64,000 nucleotides of DNA, from positions 69,693-133,692 of the forward strand of contig CBFIJH010000003.1 in assembly GCA_965662895.1 (NCBI GenBank), written 5' to 3'. The translations under genes were made by a program, and so were the position numbers. A model generated the notes under the pieces. The model was not told the DNA's origin. It did not search any database and saw only the letters and a program-made list of their open reading frames with translations. Origin of the DNA: Candidatus Poseidoniaceae archaeon. Its GTDB lineage: Archaea; Thermoplasmatota; Poseidoniia; Poseidoniales; Poseidoniaceae. Shown here in pieces: positions 18,478-28,414 of the stretch; position 1 is the stretch's first letter; each line of letters opens with the position of its first letter.

Positions 18478-21400
18478 ATGGCGATTATGAGCGAAAGGTC
18501 GAGATTTTCAAATTCAAGACACGCCTTGTTCTTGGTTTTGCTTATGTTGACATTGCCAATCGCATCACAATCTCAGGCTCTGAACATTCCCACTGAATTG
18601 GACCAGCCGACCCATGCAGACCCTATTCTCGTCGATGGATTGCCCCCTCTTGTTTGCGGAGATGATTTGTGTGATCGACCGCTTCGAATGTTCGAACGCG
18701 GTGGACGAACAGCCAACATGGAATACGGCTGGTGGCAGGCTTATGGCCCTGATCTTGACTGGAACGGAATGGATGACCGTTTGCAACGAATCATGGGAGG
18801 GCTTGAGTCGATGTCTCCGACTGCGATTCTTGGACCGGACGGTCGAAAAACAGTGGCGATTGTCGTTGATTATGCTTGGCTTCCGACGGATGAAGAATCG
18901 AAAGCCCTTCATTCCACACTGGAGAAACATGGATGGATCGGTCCCGAAGAAGGTGCCTTTTTCGAAGTGATTCGAAGCATTGATGCGATTGCAGTCGACA
19001 AAGTTCCTGTTTCAGCGCTCATGGATATTTATCATCTCAACGGCGTCGTTGTCGTAGAAATGCAAAACGTCATGGCACCGAGCAACAATGTAGCCTCGAA
19101 AGCAGCACTCGCACGCCCGTCTGAAGTTTACTCAAACACCGCCCACGAACTTGGCTATACCGGTACCGGGGTCACCATCGCAGTCCTTGACACAGGCGTT
19201 GATAATGAGCACCGATCACTCAACGATTTCGATGACCAGAACGATGAACCTGATGCTGATGCTACGTCGTATTCTGACAGAAAGTGGATTGCAGGGTACG
19301 ATGCTACAAGTCAAACTCCTGACGAGTCTGGTAATACGGACCCGGATGATGGGAACGGTCACGGCACTCACGTTGCAGGGTCTGCACTCGGAACTGGAGA
19401 CGCTTCGAAAGTGCACATGGGTACTGCCCCGGGTGCAGGACTGATTGACATCAAGGTTCTAACCGATGGAGGAGGGACAAACTCACAATTTAGTCTTCGA
19501 GGACTGCAATGGATGATCAACAATGCTGATACGGATTGGGGCGTGAATTCGACCTACACAGGCATTCAAATCGCGTCGATGTCCTATGGCTCTCTCGGTG
19601 GTGGCCCGTTGTTACCCGGTGACTCTGGTGACAATGGTACAAGCGCCGAAGCAAATCTTGTCAATCAAGCAACATCCGCAGGAATCGTTTGTGTTGTTGC
19701 GATTGGTAACGACGGCTCCAACCGCGTACCTTCGCCTGGAAGCGCGGATACAGCCATAACGATTGGTTCTGTTGATGACAACCAGACCGTCATCCGAACC
19801 GATGATATAGGATCAGATTTCTCCAACTATGGCCCGAGGGATTCTGATAATGATGATGATGATGTGGATGAACAGAAACCCGATGTTACTGCGTTTGGTT
19901 CAAACATTACGTCAGCAACCTACGCAGCTTCTTTTGTCCCAATTCCTGGATCAGAGGTAGCATTAGCGGATGACCAATACGATTCGAAATCAGGAACGAG
20001 TATGGCGACACCAATCGCTTCAGGTGTTGTTGCGCTTGTCCTGGAGGCTGACCCTTCTCTCACCCCAGAAGAAGTGAAAGAGATCATACGACTTTCATCA
20101 GAACCTCGAGGTGAACCTGCAGACTCAGACATCTCTCGGTGGAATGAGACTTTTGGTATGGGAATCATCGATGCAGCCTGTGCGATTGCGATCGCCACCG
20201 GTTTGATTTGTGACAACGGCTTGAGGGCAAAGACGAGTGACGTCAACATCACCTTCCCTGTCAACGGTACCTGGGTTATGGCGAACACAACAACCCGTAT
20301 TTCAGGAGAAGTCAATCTAACCGAGGTCGATTATGAAAAAGTTGAGATTAAGATTGAACAACGGTTCATCTTTAGAGACAAGAACAACGATGGCAAGAAC
20401 GACAAGCCACCACGAACGCTCCTTGATTGGACGGAAGTCAATGGTTCGCTCGATTATTGGTTCTACGACCTTGAACTGCAGGACTCGTGGGTTGCTTCAG
20501 ATGATGAATTTATTGTCGTTTACGGGCTTGCCTCAGATGCTGAGGAGAATGAGTCCGAAATAGCGATACGAACCTTCCAACTTTCACGAACAGGTATCAC
20601 TCTTGAAACGCCAATCTCAAGAAATGTGTTGAGTGGGACGATTGAAGTAACCGGTCAAGTTGAAGGTGTCGAACACGATCGTATCGAATACAAAGTCGAT
20701 GATGGTGATTGGAAAACGGGTACTGAATTGACTGTACACGATGGTCCGGGACAAGACGGCTACGATGAATGGATGTTTAATTGGGATACCACCGAAGTCG
20801 CTGATGGATACAGAGAACTCTTTGTTCGAATGGTCAACAAATCAGGCTTCTCGAGCGAGATTGAATCACGCAGTTACACCGTTGACAACGTTGCCCCTGC
20901 ACCATCATTGAGGTTCCAAGGTGAGGTCGAGATTTTTGACCAAAAGTTACCTGCAGATACAGTGTACGCAGGTAGTTTGTTGGAAGTTCAATTTGAAGTC
21001 TACAATGCAGGAGACAAAGCCGCATCCGATGTTTTTGTCCGACTTACTGCGCCGGGGGAAGAATCGGAAGTTTATCCCTCACAAGGACTCATCCCTTCAC
21101 TTGAGAAAGGCGAATCTGTTGGTGTGACCTTGTTTTGGCAGGCCAGCGTAGCCGGTCTTCATGAGGTGAAAATTGAACTTGATCCAAACGATGTTCAGGG
21201 AGATTTAGAACCAGAGGACAACGTCTTGACATTCCCATTTGAAATCTTTGAACGTCCATCTCAACCTGTACTCCGTTATCTTCCAGGAGCAGTAACGACG
21301 CTACCGAACGTTCCTTTGGCTGATGAAGAGTATACGATTTCCATTCGAATTGATAACCTTGGCCAATCAAACGCTGTAACGCTTGACATGCTCCTTGAGT

Positions 21401-23367
21401 ACTTGGATCCTGTTGACGGGTGGCTGCTTGTTGATGAGGAACGAATTGGATTTGTTCCGGGAGCAACAACGGAATCGGGCTCTGCAACGGCGCAATTCCG
21501 CCACAACAGCAAAGACATCGGAGCAGTTGTCTACCGTGCCACATTGACAGGCGATGGTGTCGAGAGCGAATTTAGTCAGTACACCTTCACCGTTGTTACC
21601 AGCGATGTATCCACAGGTCAAGGCTCTTCAACGCTCTCACTATCGGAATCTGAGATCCCAGTCGCTTTCGCAGGAATAGAGACCTCCACGCTGTTGTTTA
21701 CAACGGTCGATGGAGAATTGCATGTCCGCTCGATTAACGACAATCTCATGCTGTTGACGGATACCCTCATCGATCAAAACTGGGGCGGAGAGATTGACGT
21801 GATTGTACGTGAAGATGGTCTTGTCCATGCAGCATGGACAAGTCGAAAACAATCGGAACAAGGATACTTCCTTAACGATGTAGCCATGACTTCCTTTTCC
21901 GCAACCGGCCAGATGCTTCCAATCCATCACCACCTTACACCTTTGAAAATCTCAGAGGGTCAGTACTGGGGTCTTGACCTTGCTGAAGAAGACGATACAG
22001 TTGTCCTTTCAGGATATTTCCGTAATATTTCTACAGGAGGTTCTTGGTCCGACTTGACATCAATCTTCAGTATTCATTCCAGTACACCAGATGACGGTGA
22101 AAATTGGACAAACATGATCACGCACTTACCCGTTGTTGACCTTCACCCAGACGATGGTGACAAACTTGCAACTCTCCTTCATGACGGTATCCTGCACATT
22201 CTTTACCAAGAATTACGGGACGATGTAACCGGAAACGAACGAACAGGACTCATGTATTCACGCGGTGAATTAACCTCGAACCTCTGGTCGTATCAATCTT
22301 CGATTGGAGATGAGGCACGTTCTGCACAACTTGGTATGCTTGCCGATGGCGAAAACAAGTTTTTCTTCGCTGGATGGATTGAAGGCTCTGGTCGAGATTC
22401 GAGCATCGTCGTACTTGCAACGAAAGGGGAATGGGGTGAAGATGTTCAACGAATACCTGCACCAGGAGCAACAAAAGTACTTTTCAATCAACGCGATGAT
22501 GTGATTGAAGTTGTTCATGATGAAATTACAATTCGCGGAGTCGTTTCCCGATATGGGTTGTTGACAACTCAGAAACTAAATTCTGAAGAAGTTCCCGTCA
22601 TTGGTTTGTCGAACATTGTTTCCGAAAAGAAATCATTGCTTGGGTACAGCATGAATACAAAGGATGGTCTTCTGTTCACGGTATCTCCTACAGGTCGCTT
22701 CTCCATGCAAAAATTCCTCATGGATACGCCCCAGGAACCTGAAGAGCAAAAATCGTTGCTTGAACAGCTCTTGGAACCACTGCCTGGTTCTTACGAAACA
22801 AAACTCGGTATCTTTTTTGCTATTCTATCGGTCTTGGTATTGATTTTCGTGATGGTGGGCATTACTTTGCGCTCCGGCAATAAGGAAGACGAAGCATTGG
22901 ATGGCTTGGCTGTAGAAGAAGATGAAATCGCCATCTTGGTGCAGGTTGAAGAAGACGAACCCGAGGAAGAACTCGTTGCATCCGTTCCTGTCGCTGCTCC
23001 GATGGTTGTTGAGATGGAGGAACCTACGCTCTCTGAAGAGTTGGAGGCGAAGAGCATCGCAGGTGAGGGGAATGCGAGATTGAATCGTCGAATGAAGCGG
23101 AAACAAGATCGTGAAATCGCGGAAATCGTTTCAAAAGGACTCCCTCCTCTACCTACCCCGATGCCGTTACCAGTTGATTCTCCTACAGAGATTGCTCCTT
23201 CGATTCCAGTCCCAGAAATCGCGCCTGGAGCATTGCCTCCATTGGCAGATTTGCCACCACTTCGACGACAGGCCGTTTGCCCGGCATGCAACGCAAACTT
23301 CCCAGTGACGGACTTGATGCGTGCGAGAGTCGTTTGTCCCATCTGTTCGGAACAATTCAGTCTGTGA
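18478..23367 (+). CDS. Membrane-anchored S8 (subtilisin-like) peptidase with Ig/CARDB-like domains and a Pro-rich Zn-ribbon tail
   Basis: VLDTG, HGTHVAG, GTSMATP triad; signal-like hydrophobic N-terminus; C-terminal TM helix then acidic/Pro-rich tail ending CPAC...CPIC. Start 18478 or 18487 rather than 18259. Confidence 0.9.
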   Translation: MAIMSERSRFSNSRHALFLVLLMLTLPIASQSQALNIPTELDQPTHADPILVDGLPPLVCGDDLCDRPLRMFERGGRTANMEYGWWQAYGPDLDWNGMDDRLQRIMGGLESMSPTAILGPDGRKTVAIVVDYAWLPTDEESKALHSTLEKHGWIGPEEGAFFEVIRSIDAIAVDKVPVSALMDIYHLNGVVVVEMQNVMAPSNNVASKAALARPSEVYSNTAHELGYTGTGVTIAVLDTGVDNEHRSLNDFDDQNDEPDADATSYSDRKWIAGYDATSQTPDESGNTDPDDGNGHGTHVAGSALGTGDASKVHMGTAPGAGLIDIKVLTDGGGTNSQFSLRGLQWMINNADTDWGVNSTYTGIQIASMSYGSLGGGPLLPGDSGDNGTSAEANLVNQATSAGIVCVVAIGNDGSNRVPSPGSADTAITIGSVDDNQTVIRTDDIGSDFSNYGPRDSDNDDDDVDEQKPDVTAFGSNITSATYAASFVPIPGSEVALADDQYDSKSGTSMATPIASGVVALVLEADPSLTPEEVKEIIRLSSEPRGEPADSDISRWNETFGMGIIDAACAIAIATGLICDNGLRAKTSDVNITFPVNGTWVMANTTTRISGEVNLTEVDYEKVEIKIEQRFIFRDKNNDGKNDKPPRTLLDWTEVNGSLDYWFYDLELQDSWVASDDEFIVVYGLASDAEENESEIAIRTFQLSRTGITLETPISRNVLSGTIEVTGQVEGVEHDRIEYKVDDGDWKTGTELTVHDGPGQDGYDEWMFNWDTTEVADGYRELFVRMVNKSGFSSEIESRSYTVDNVAPAPSLRFQGEVEIFDQKLPADTVYAGSLLEVQFEVYNAGDKAASDVFVRLTAPGEESEVYPSQGLIPSLEKGESVGVTLFWQASVAGLHEVKIELDPNDVQGDLEPEDNVLTFPFEIFERPSQPVLRYLPGAVTTLPNVPLADEEYTISIRIDNLGQSNAVTLDMLLEYLDPVDGWLLVDEERIGFVPGATTESGSATAQFRHNSKDIGAVVYRATLTGDGVESEFSQYTFTVVTSDVSTGQGSSTLSLSESEIPVAFAGIETSTLLFTTVDGELHVRSINDNLMLLTDTLIDQNWGGEIDVIVREDGLVHAAWTSRKQSEQGYFLNDVAMTSFSATGQMLPIHHHLTPLKISEGQYWGLDLAEEDDTVVLSGYFRNISTGGSWSDLTSIFSIHSSTPDDGENWTNMITHLPVVDLHPDDGDKLATLLHDGILHILYQELRDDVTGNERTGLMYSRGELTSNLWSYQSSIGDEARSAQLGMLADGENKFFFAGWIEGSGRDSSIVVLATKGEWGEDVQRIPAPGATKVLFNQRDDVIEVVHDEITIRGVVSRYGLLTTQKLNSEEVPVIGLSNIVSEKKSLLGYSMNTKDGLLFTVSPTGRFSMQKFLMDTPQEPEEQKSLLEQLLEPLPGSYETKLGIFFAILSVLVLIFVMVGITLRSGNKEDEALDGLAVEEDEIAILVQVEEDEPEEELVASVPVAAPMVVEMEEPTLSEELEAKSIAGEGNARLNRRMKRKQDREIAEIVSKGLPPLPTPMPLPVDSPTEIAPSIPVPEIAPGALPPLADLPPLRRQAVCPACNANFPVTDLMRARVVCPICSEQFSL

Positions 23368-23376
23368 GGTTTGAAG

Positions 23377-25194
23377 ATGTGTGGTATCTTTGGTTATATT
23401 GGAAAGAAGAACGCATCTGAATTGCTCATCAATGGTTTGCTTCGGCTCGAATATCGTGGATACGATTCGAGCGGCATTGTCGTCAAAAATGGCCACCTCG
23501 AATCCTACAAGGATATTGGAAAAGTTTCGGAGATGGCATCGTCACTTCCTCGATTGAAAGGTTCGATTGGAATTGCACATACACGATGGGCAACGCATGG
23601 AGGTGTCACGAAAGAAAATGCTCATCCGCATTTGAGCAACGATGGAAAAGTTGCCATCGTTCACAATGGGATTCTTCAAAATTCAGAAACCTTACGCAAA
23701 CGTCTTACACAATTAGGTGTACAACTCAATTCAGAAACCGATTCGGAAATTTTTTGTCACTTCATTGCAAGAGAACTTGAACAAGGCAAAGAACCACTGC
23801 AAGCACTTCAAAGTGTCCTATCGATGGCGAGAGGCACTTGGGGCCTGTGTGTCTTGTTTGAAGATTATGACTATGTCTTGTGCGCTCGAAATGGCTCTCC
23901 TCTGATTATCGGCCGAGGAAACGGTGAGATGTTCATCTCGAGCGATCCACACGCTATCCGAGAACATACGGATCAACTGGTTGCACTTGAGGATGGTCAA
24001 ATCGCAAAATTAGAACTTGATGCATTTCAGGTGATGCAGACCGATGGAAAAGAGGTAGAATCCGTCCCTCTCCATTTGGAAGAGGAATGGGGCGAGAGCG
24101 AACTTGGAGAATACCCGCATTTCATGCTTAAAGAAATACACGAACAATCCCAATCACTCCAACATTGCATTTCAGGCCGTCTTAGGAATGCTGAAGGTAC
24201 ATCCGTGCTGGGCGGCCTGCAGATTCAGCCGCACGATCTTGCAGAACTTCCGCATGTACGACTTATCGGATGTGGAACGGCATTGCATGCAGCACAAATC
24301 GGACAAATTATCATTGAACAATGGGCTCGTATCCCTGCTGTTTCTCATGTAGCAAGCGAGTTTAATGCGAACGACCCAGTCATCAACCCTCGAGCGCTTC
24401 ACCTTGCAATATCGCAATCGGGTGAGACTGCGGACACGTTGTCAGCTGTGAAAGAAATTCAACGCAAGGGTGCAGATGTTTATGGAATCGTTAATGTCGT
24501 TGGGTCAAGCATTGCTCGACAATGCGGCAAAGGCGTTTACATTCACTCGGGACCTGAGCAATCTGTTGCGTCCACCAAGGCATTCACCAACATGGTCGGG
24601 GCTTTGGCATTGTTTTCACTACAACTTGGCCGTAGTCGACACCTTTCAAAAACCAAAGGCAAAACAATCGCCCGTGAAATGAGAAAACTCCCTGACAAAA
24701 TCCGAAATTATCTTGAGAATCCAGGCCCAATCAAGGAAGCGGTTGATATGATTGTTCAAGCAAAAAGTGTCCTCTTTTTGGGTCGCGGAATTTCATCTCC
24801 AGTGGCCTCTGAGGGTGCGCTCAAATTGATGGAAATTGCCTACATTCCCTGTCTTGCTTATCCTGCAGGAGAAATGAAACACGGGCCAATTGCTTTGATC
24901 GATGAGGATTATCCGGTTGTTGTTATTGCTCCGAACGATGGTGTTCAAGACCGAACCTTGAATGCGATTCATGAATGCAAAGCACGGGGTGCCAAAATTA
25001 TCCTCATTCATGAAGAAGGTGACACAATTTCAGAGTATGGTGATATCAGTATCGCCTTCCCATCTACAATACCAATGCTAACACCATTATTGAGCGTCTT
25101 ACCGACACAACTGATTGCATACCATGCGGCACTTGCGCTTGGCAATGATGTCGATCGTCCACGAAATCTCGCAAAATCCGTCACAGTCGAGTAA
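23377..25194 (+). CDS. glmS: Glutamine-fructose-6-phosphate transaminase
   Basis: MCGIFG start, LEYRGYDS, HTRWATHG, SQSGET, C-terminal PRNLAKSVTVE. Confidence 0.97.
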   Translation: MCGIFGYIGKKNASELLINGLLRLEYRGYDSSGIVVKNGHLESYKDIGKVSEMASSLPRLKGSIGIAHTRWATHGGVTKENAHPHLSNDGKVAIVHNGILQNSETLRKRLTQLGVQLNSETDSEIFCHFIARELEQGKEPLQALQSVLSMARGTWGLCVLFEDYDYVLCARNGSPLIIGRGNGEMFISSDPHAIREHTDQLVALEDGQIAKLELDAFQVMQTDGKEVESVPLHLEEEWGESELGEYPHFMLKEIHEQSQSLQHCISGRLRNAEGTSVLGGLQIQPHDLAELPHVRLIGCGTALHAAQIGQIIIEQWARIPAVSHVASEFNANDPVINPRALHLAISQSGETADTLSAVKEIQRKGADVYGIVNVVGSSIARQCGKGVYIHSGPEQSVASTKAFTNMVGALALFSLQLGRSRHLSKTKGKTIAREMRKLPDKIRNYLENPGPIKEAVDMIVQAKSVLFLGRGISSPVASEGALKLMEIAYIPCLAYPAGEMKHGPIALIDEDYPVVVIAPNDGVQDRTLNAIHECKARGAKIILIHEEGDTISEYGDISIAFPSTIPMLTPLLSVLPTQLIAYHAALALGNDVDRPRNLAKSVTVE

Positions 25195-25914
25195 TCAGAG
25201 AACAGTAAATCGCTGTTCATCCTGTTTCCAGTTGAACGGTTTGTAACCCAATGCGTGACGCGTATGGCGCATCTTGATGATGCCGAGTTTCCGTTGAACG
25301 TCGTCCTCTTTCCGATCCATAACCAGGTGGATGACACCATCGGAGAGGTAGTCTTCGACCCCATACTCGCCAAATTGTTTGTGATTCTCTCCAGTCATTT
25401 CGCATATGAAAAACGAGGTGAGCTCAAGTCGTCGCACCGCTTCAAAGAGGCGAAAGATTTCATCTCGTGGATTTTCCATCTTTGTGAGCGTGAAAAAAGC
25501 ACCAAGTGAATCAAAAACCAACAATTCAAACCCAATTGATTTTCTGTAGTTGGTGAGTTGTTTGATAAGCTGCCCCATCCAATCAACGCGCTTGCTCATG
25601 CCTTGTTCGTCAAGTTGGACTCGTAAGTCAGACAGATCAATGATTGCAATCCTGTTGCGAACTCGAGGGTCATCAACATTCATCCCCATGTTTGACATGT
25701 GGGCTCTCAACGATTCCTTGCCTTGTTCAAGAGTGACGTAAATCCCACTTGTTTCACCATACAACACTGCATTGTAGAGCATTGAGAAGGTCACGCTCGA
25801 TTTCATTGCACCCGAGGCTCCTGCGACAATGCAAATGTGTCCTTTCGGGATGCCGCCTTGCATGTTCTCATCAAGTCCTTCCACATGCGTGGGAATTCGT
25901 TCCATAATGTCCAT
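25195..25914 (-). CDS. KaiC/RAD55-like RecA-superfamily ATPase (single domain)
   Basis: GLDE...GGIP.G, GASGAMKS Walker A variant, YVTLEQ, VFDS, YLSDGVI, IIKMR. Confidence 0.88.
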   Translation of the reverse strand: MDIMERIPTHVEGLDENMQGGIPKGHICIVAGASGAMKSSVTFSMLYNAVLYGETSGIYVTLEQGKESLRAHMSNMGMNVDDPRVRNRIAIIDLSDLRVQLDEQGMSKRVDWMGQLIKQLTNYRKSIGFELLVFDSLGAFFTLTKMENPRDEIFRLFEAVRRLELTSFFICEMTGENHKQFGEYGVEDYLSDGVIHLVMDRKEDDVQRKLGIIKMRHTRHALGYKPFNWKQDEQRFTVL

Positions 25915-26009
25915 AACCTCGCCTCGATTTGAGGAGAAGCATTCAACACTTGAAATTCACCCTCGATTTTTTTCAAAAGTCTGATGAGGCCTATCGCCTA
26001 GGACTTGTT

Positions 26010-26594
26010 GTGCGCATCCTTCTTGCATCAGCTTCACAACGAAGAGCTGAAATCTTAGCGAAACGCTTTCCAGATGTTCGACAGAAGGCGCTGGAAGGTG
26101 TCAATGAGCGCGTACCGCGTGGGCCAATATCGCAACAGGTAGAACAGGTTGCAGCACGAAAGGCGGATTCTGTTGAAATCAATGATGAGGCAGATGTGTT
26201 TGTTGTTGCAGATACGCTTGTCGAAGATCCGGACGACCATTGGGAAGCATTGGGCAAACCGTCGACAAAACATGAGGCTACGACGATGCTTCTCAGATTG
26301 CGAGGGTCTCGGCATCGAGTATGGTCTGCTACGATGCTCTATGTTGCAGGGCAATGGCAGACCAGTGTTGAATCCGCACTGGTTGAAATCGAAGAGTTTT
26401 CCGATGATGATTTAATTGAACTTATTGAATCCAACTCATGGGTCGGTAAAGCAGGTGGTTACGATTTGGCTGGAATGATGGGACAGTACGCAACACTCAT
26501 CGAAGGCTCAGAATCAACAGTTCTCGGATTTACTCAAACGTCGCTGGATTTACTTGAAGAGATTCAATCGTTGTTTTCGATAAGTCGATCGTAA
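26010..26594 (+). CDS. Maf-family nucleoside triphosphate pyrophosphatase
   Basis: ILLASASQRR, ADT, LGKP, GKAGGY; GTG start near 26010. Confidence 0.88.
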   Translation: MRILLASASQRRAEILAKRFPDVRQKALEGVNERVPRGPISQQVEQVAARKADSVEINDEADVFVVADTLVEDPDDHWEALGKPSTKHEATTMLLRLRGSRHRVWSATMLYVAGQWQTSVESALVEIEEFSDDDLIELIESNSWVGKAGGYDLAGMMGQYATLIEGSESTVLGFTQTSLDLLEEIQSLFSISRS

Positions 26595-27850
26595 AACATT
26601 GGCATTCGATACCAATTATCGGATGGAAAGACTGTGTGACGTATAAACAAAACAGCAAGAAGAATCGAGGCAATGGCCTGCAAACCGACCCAAATGTAGA
26701 TTGGGAGATATTCTCGTTCGAGTAAAATTGATGCATCAAACAGTGACCATGCCATGAGCGCACCTGATGCGAGGAACATGAAGATCAGATGCCAATGTGT
26801 AATCCGGGAAGACGGTGAATAGTGCAGATGGTCTTCGTGAAGATATATCGCAAACCCACAAACGATAAAGAAACATGAATAGGCGATGAGAAGCCAGTGT
26901 GCCGGCTGGACATTTGCGAGTCCTTCATGACCCGTCCAAATCGGTGCAATTGAAACAAGAGCGAGAGCAGGGATGAGCAAATAACCAACGAACACAAACC
27001 TGGAATGAGGCTTTGCGTACGTTCCAATCGACAGACGCATCACTTTTATCGGATTCATCATAAAGAAGACGTTCAATAAAACGAGGGCAAACATCGCATC
27101 AACCATGTCTTCTGAAACACGTTCTCTCGCTCGAAGGAAACTCAAGATGATGTAACCTGCTCCGAGGAGAAGGAGCATTGCGAACCGAAGAGGTAGTGTT
27201 CTTTGAGTGGTTGTGTTCCAACCCAATCTCCGGTTAAAATGCGACAACAGTGTTGTCGACATCATCATTGTGCAGAAGATTGCTACAATAAAGGCAACTC
27301 CAGCTTCAATCATTCCTGTTTGTTCACGTGCGAACCATGCGACTGCAACGAGCAGTGCACAACCGACAAGAACAAGTCCTGGGGCATAAGAAAAAACACC
27401 AACTTCTCCGGCATTTGATTTTTGTTTGACAATATCCATTGCGGAAGATGTAAGTGTGAGCAATGCAAGGCACATGAGAACGATACCAATGCCTGCTAAT
27501 TCAAGAAAGAGGTTCCAGTTTCCGGAATAGATTCCAACGTGGATGAACACTTGACCAATCGCATTGAGCTGGAGAAAATGCCGCATCGTTGTTTTTTCAA
27601 ATGAAGGAATGTTGTAAACAAGAGGAAGTGTATCGAAGGCAATTCCTGCGAGAATACCCATCACAGGACCGAATGCAAACAGGGTAATCAAAACGTAGTT
27701 CATGACTGATAATCGCTCCTCGTTTTCAAAAAGTTCGTACGGTGAAAAGAACGTCAACCAAGTGAGGAGAAACGTCAAAGCGATGAAGAAAATCATCGCA
27801 GAGGTAAACAGTTCAAGGTAAGAACCGGCGAACTTTTCCTTTCGGCCCAC
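26564..27850 (-). CDS. Polytopic membrane protein of unknown function (about 12 TM)
   Basis: Hydrophobic throughout; GGTGA-like SD upstream; co-oriented 9 nt after sepF. Confidence 0.7.
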   Translation of the reverse strand: MGRKEKFAGSYLELFTSAMIFFIALTFLLTWLTFFSPYELFENEERLSVMNYVLITLFAFGPVMGILAGIAFDTLPLVYNIPSFEKTTMRHFLQLNAIGQVFIHVGIYSGNWNLFLELAGIGIVLMCLALLTLTSSAMDIVKQKSNAGEVGVFSYAPGLVLVGCALLVAVAWFAREQTGMIEAGVAFIVAIFCTMMMSTTLLSHFNRRLGWNTTTQRTLPLRFAMLLLLGAGYIILSFLRARERVSEDMVDAMFALVLLNVFFMMNPIKVMRLSIGTYAKPHSRFVFVGYLLIPALALVSIAPIWTGHEGLANVQPAHWLLIAYSCFFIVCGFAIYLHEDHLHYSPSSRITHWHLIFMFLASGALMAWSLFDASILLEREYLPIYIWVGLQAIASILLAVLFIRHTVFPSDNWYRMPMFYDRLIENND

Positions 27851-27859
27851 ACATTCACC

Positions 27860-28414
27860 TCAAGATACGCTCAAGAGTCGAGTAAGACCCAGTTCATGTT
27901 TTTCGATATCAACCACGACGTCAGCTCCTGGAATGAGCAGCAACTTGTCTTCGGAATCAAGCGCGAAGACACCAACTCCGATTTGTTCACACATGACTCG
28001 GAGTTCTCGTCGACATGCTTGCTGATGGGACTCCATGTGAACGAGGGTCCGAAGGTCAACGACGACGGTATCGCCTTGTACAATTCGTTGAGCAATTTCA
28101 CGTGTACGAATTCGATGTTTTTCATCGGGTTTCACATAACGTAGCGCTCGGTTCGGCCGTAGATTCGAACGAATTCCGTGGCTTGAAAGATCGTGAAATG
28201 GTTCCCCATCCGGTGTCATAGGACCGTTCCAGTCTTCGATTTGAGTGGGGCTGGATTGTGGTTTCAAATCCTCGGCAACAGGTTCCTGAACTTTACTGGG
28301 TTCGCTCGTCAATTGCTGATTTTGTGACGTTCTTCGTCCGTCAGAACTTCTCGGAAGAACACCAGCATCAGGATCGGGTAGACCAAAAAATTGCCACAAG
28401 TTTCCCATTCGCAT
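27860..28414 (-). CDS. sepF: Cell division protein SepF
   Basis: Amphipathic N-terminus (MGNLWQFFG), disordered linker, C-domain IAQRIVQGDTVVVDL...LLLIP. Confidence 0.75.
   Translation of the reverse strand: MRMGNLWQFFGLPDPDAGVLPRSSDGRRTSQNQQLTSEPSKVQEPVAEDLKPQSSPTQIEDWNGPMTPDGEPFHDLSSHGIRSNLRPNRALRYVKPDEKHRIRTREIAQRIVQGDTVVVDLRTLVHMESHQQACRRELRVMCEQIGVGVFALDSEDKLLLIPGADVVVDIEKHELGLTRLLSVS

Noticed and set aside
25915-26009. Short direct repeat CCTCGATTT in the KaiC-like/Maf divergent region
   Set aside because: Two 9-mers only; compatible with chance
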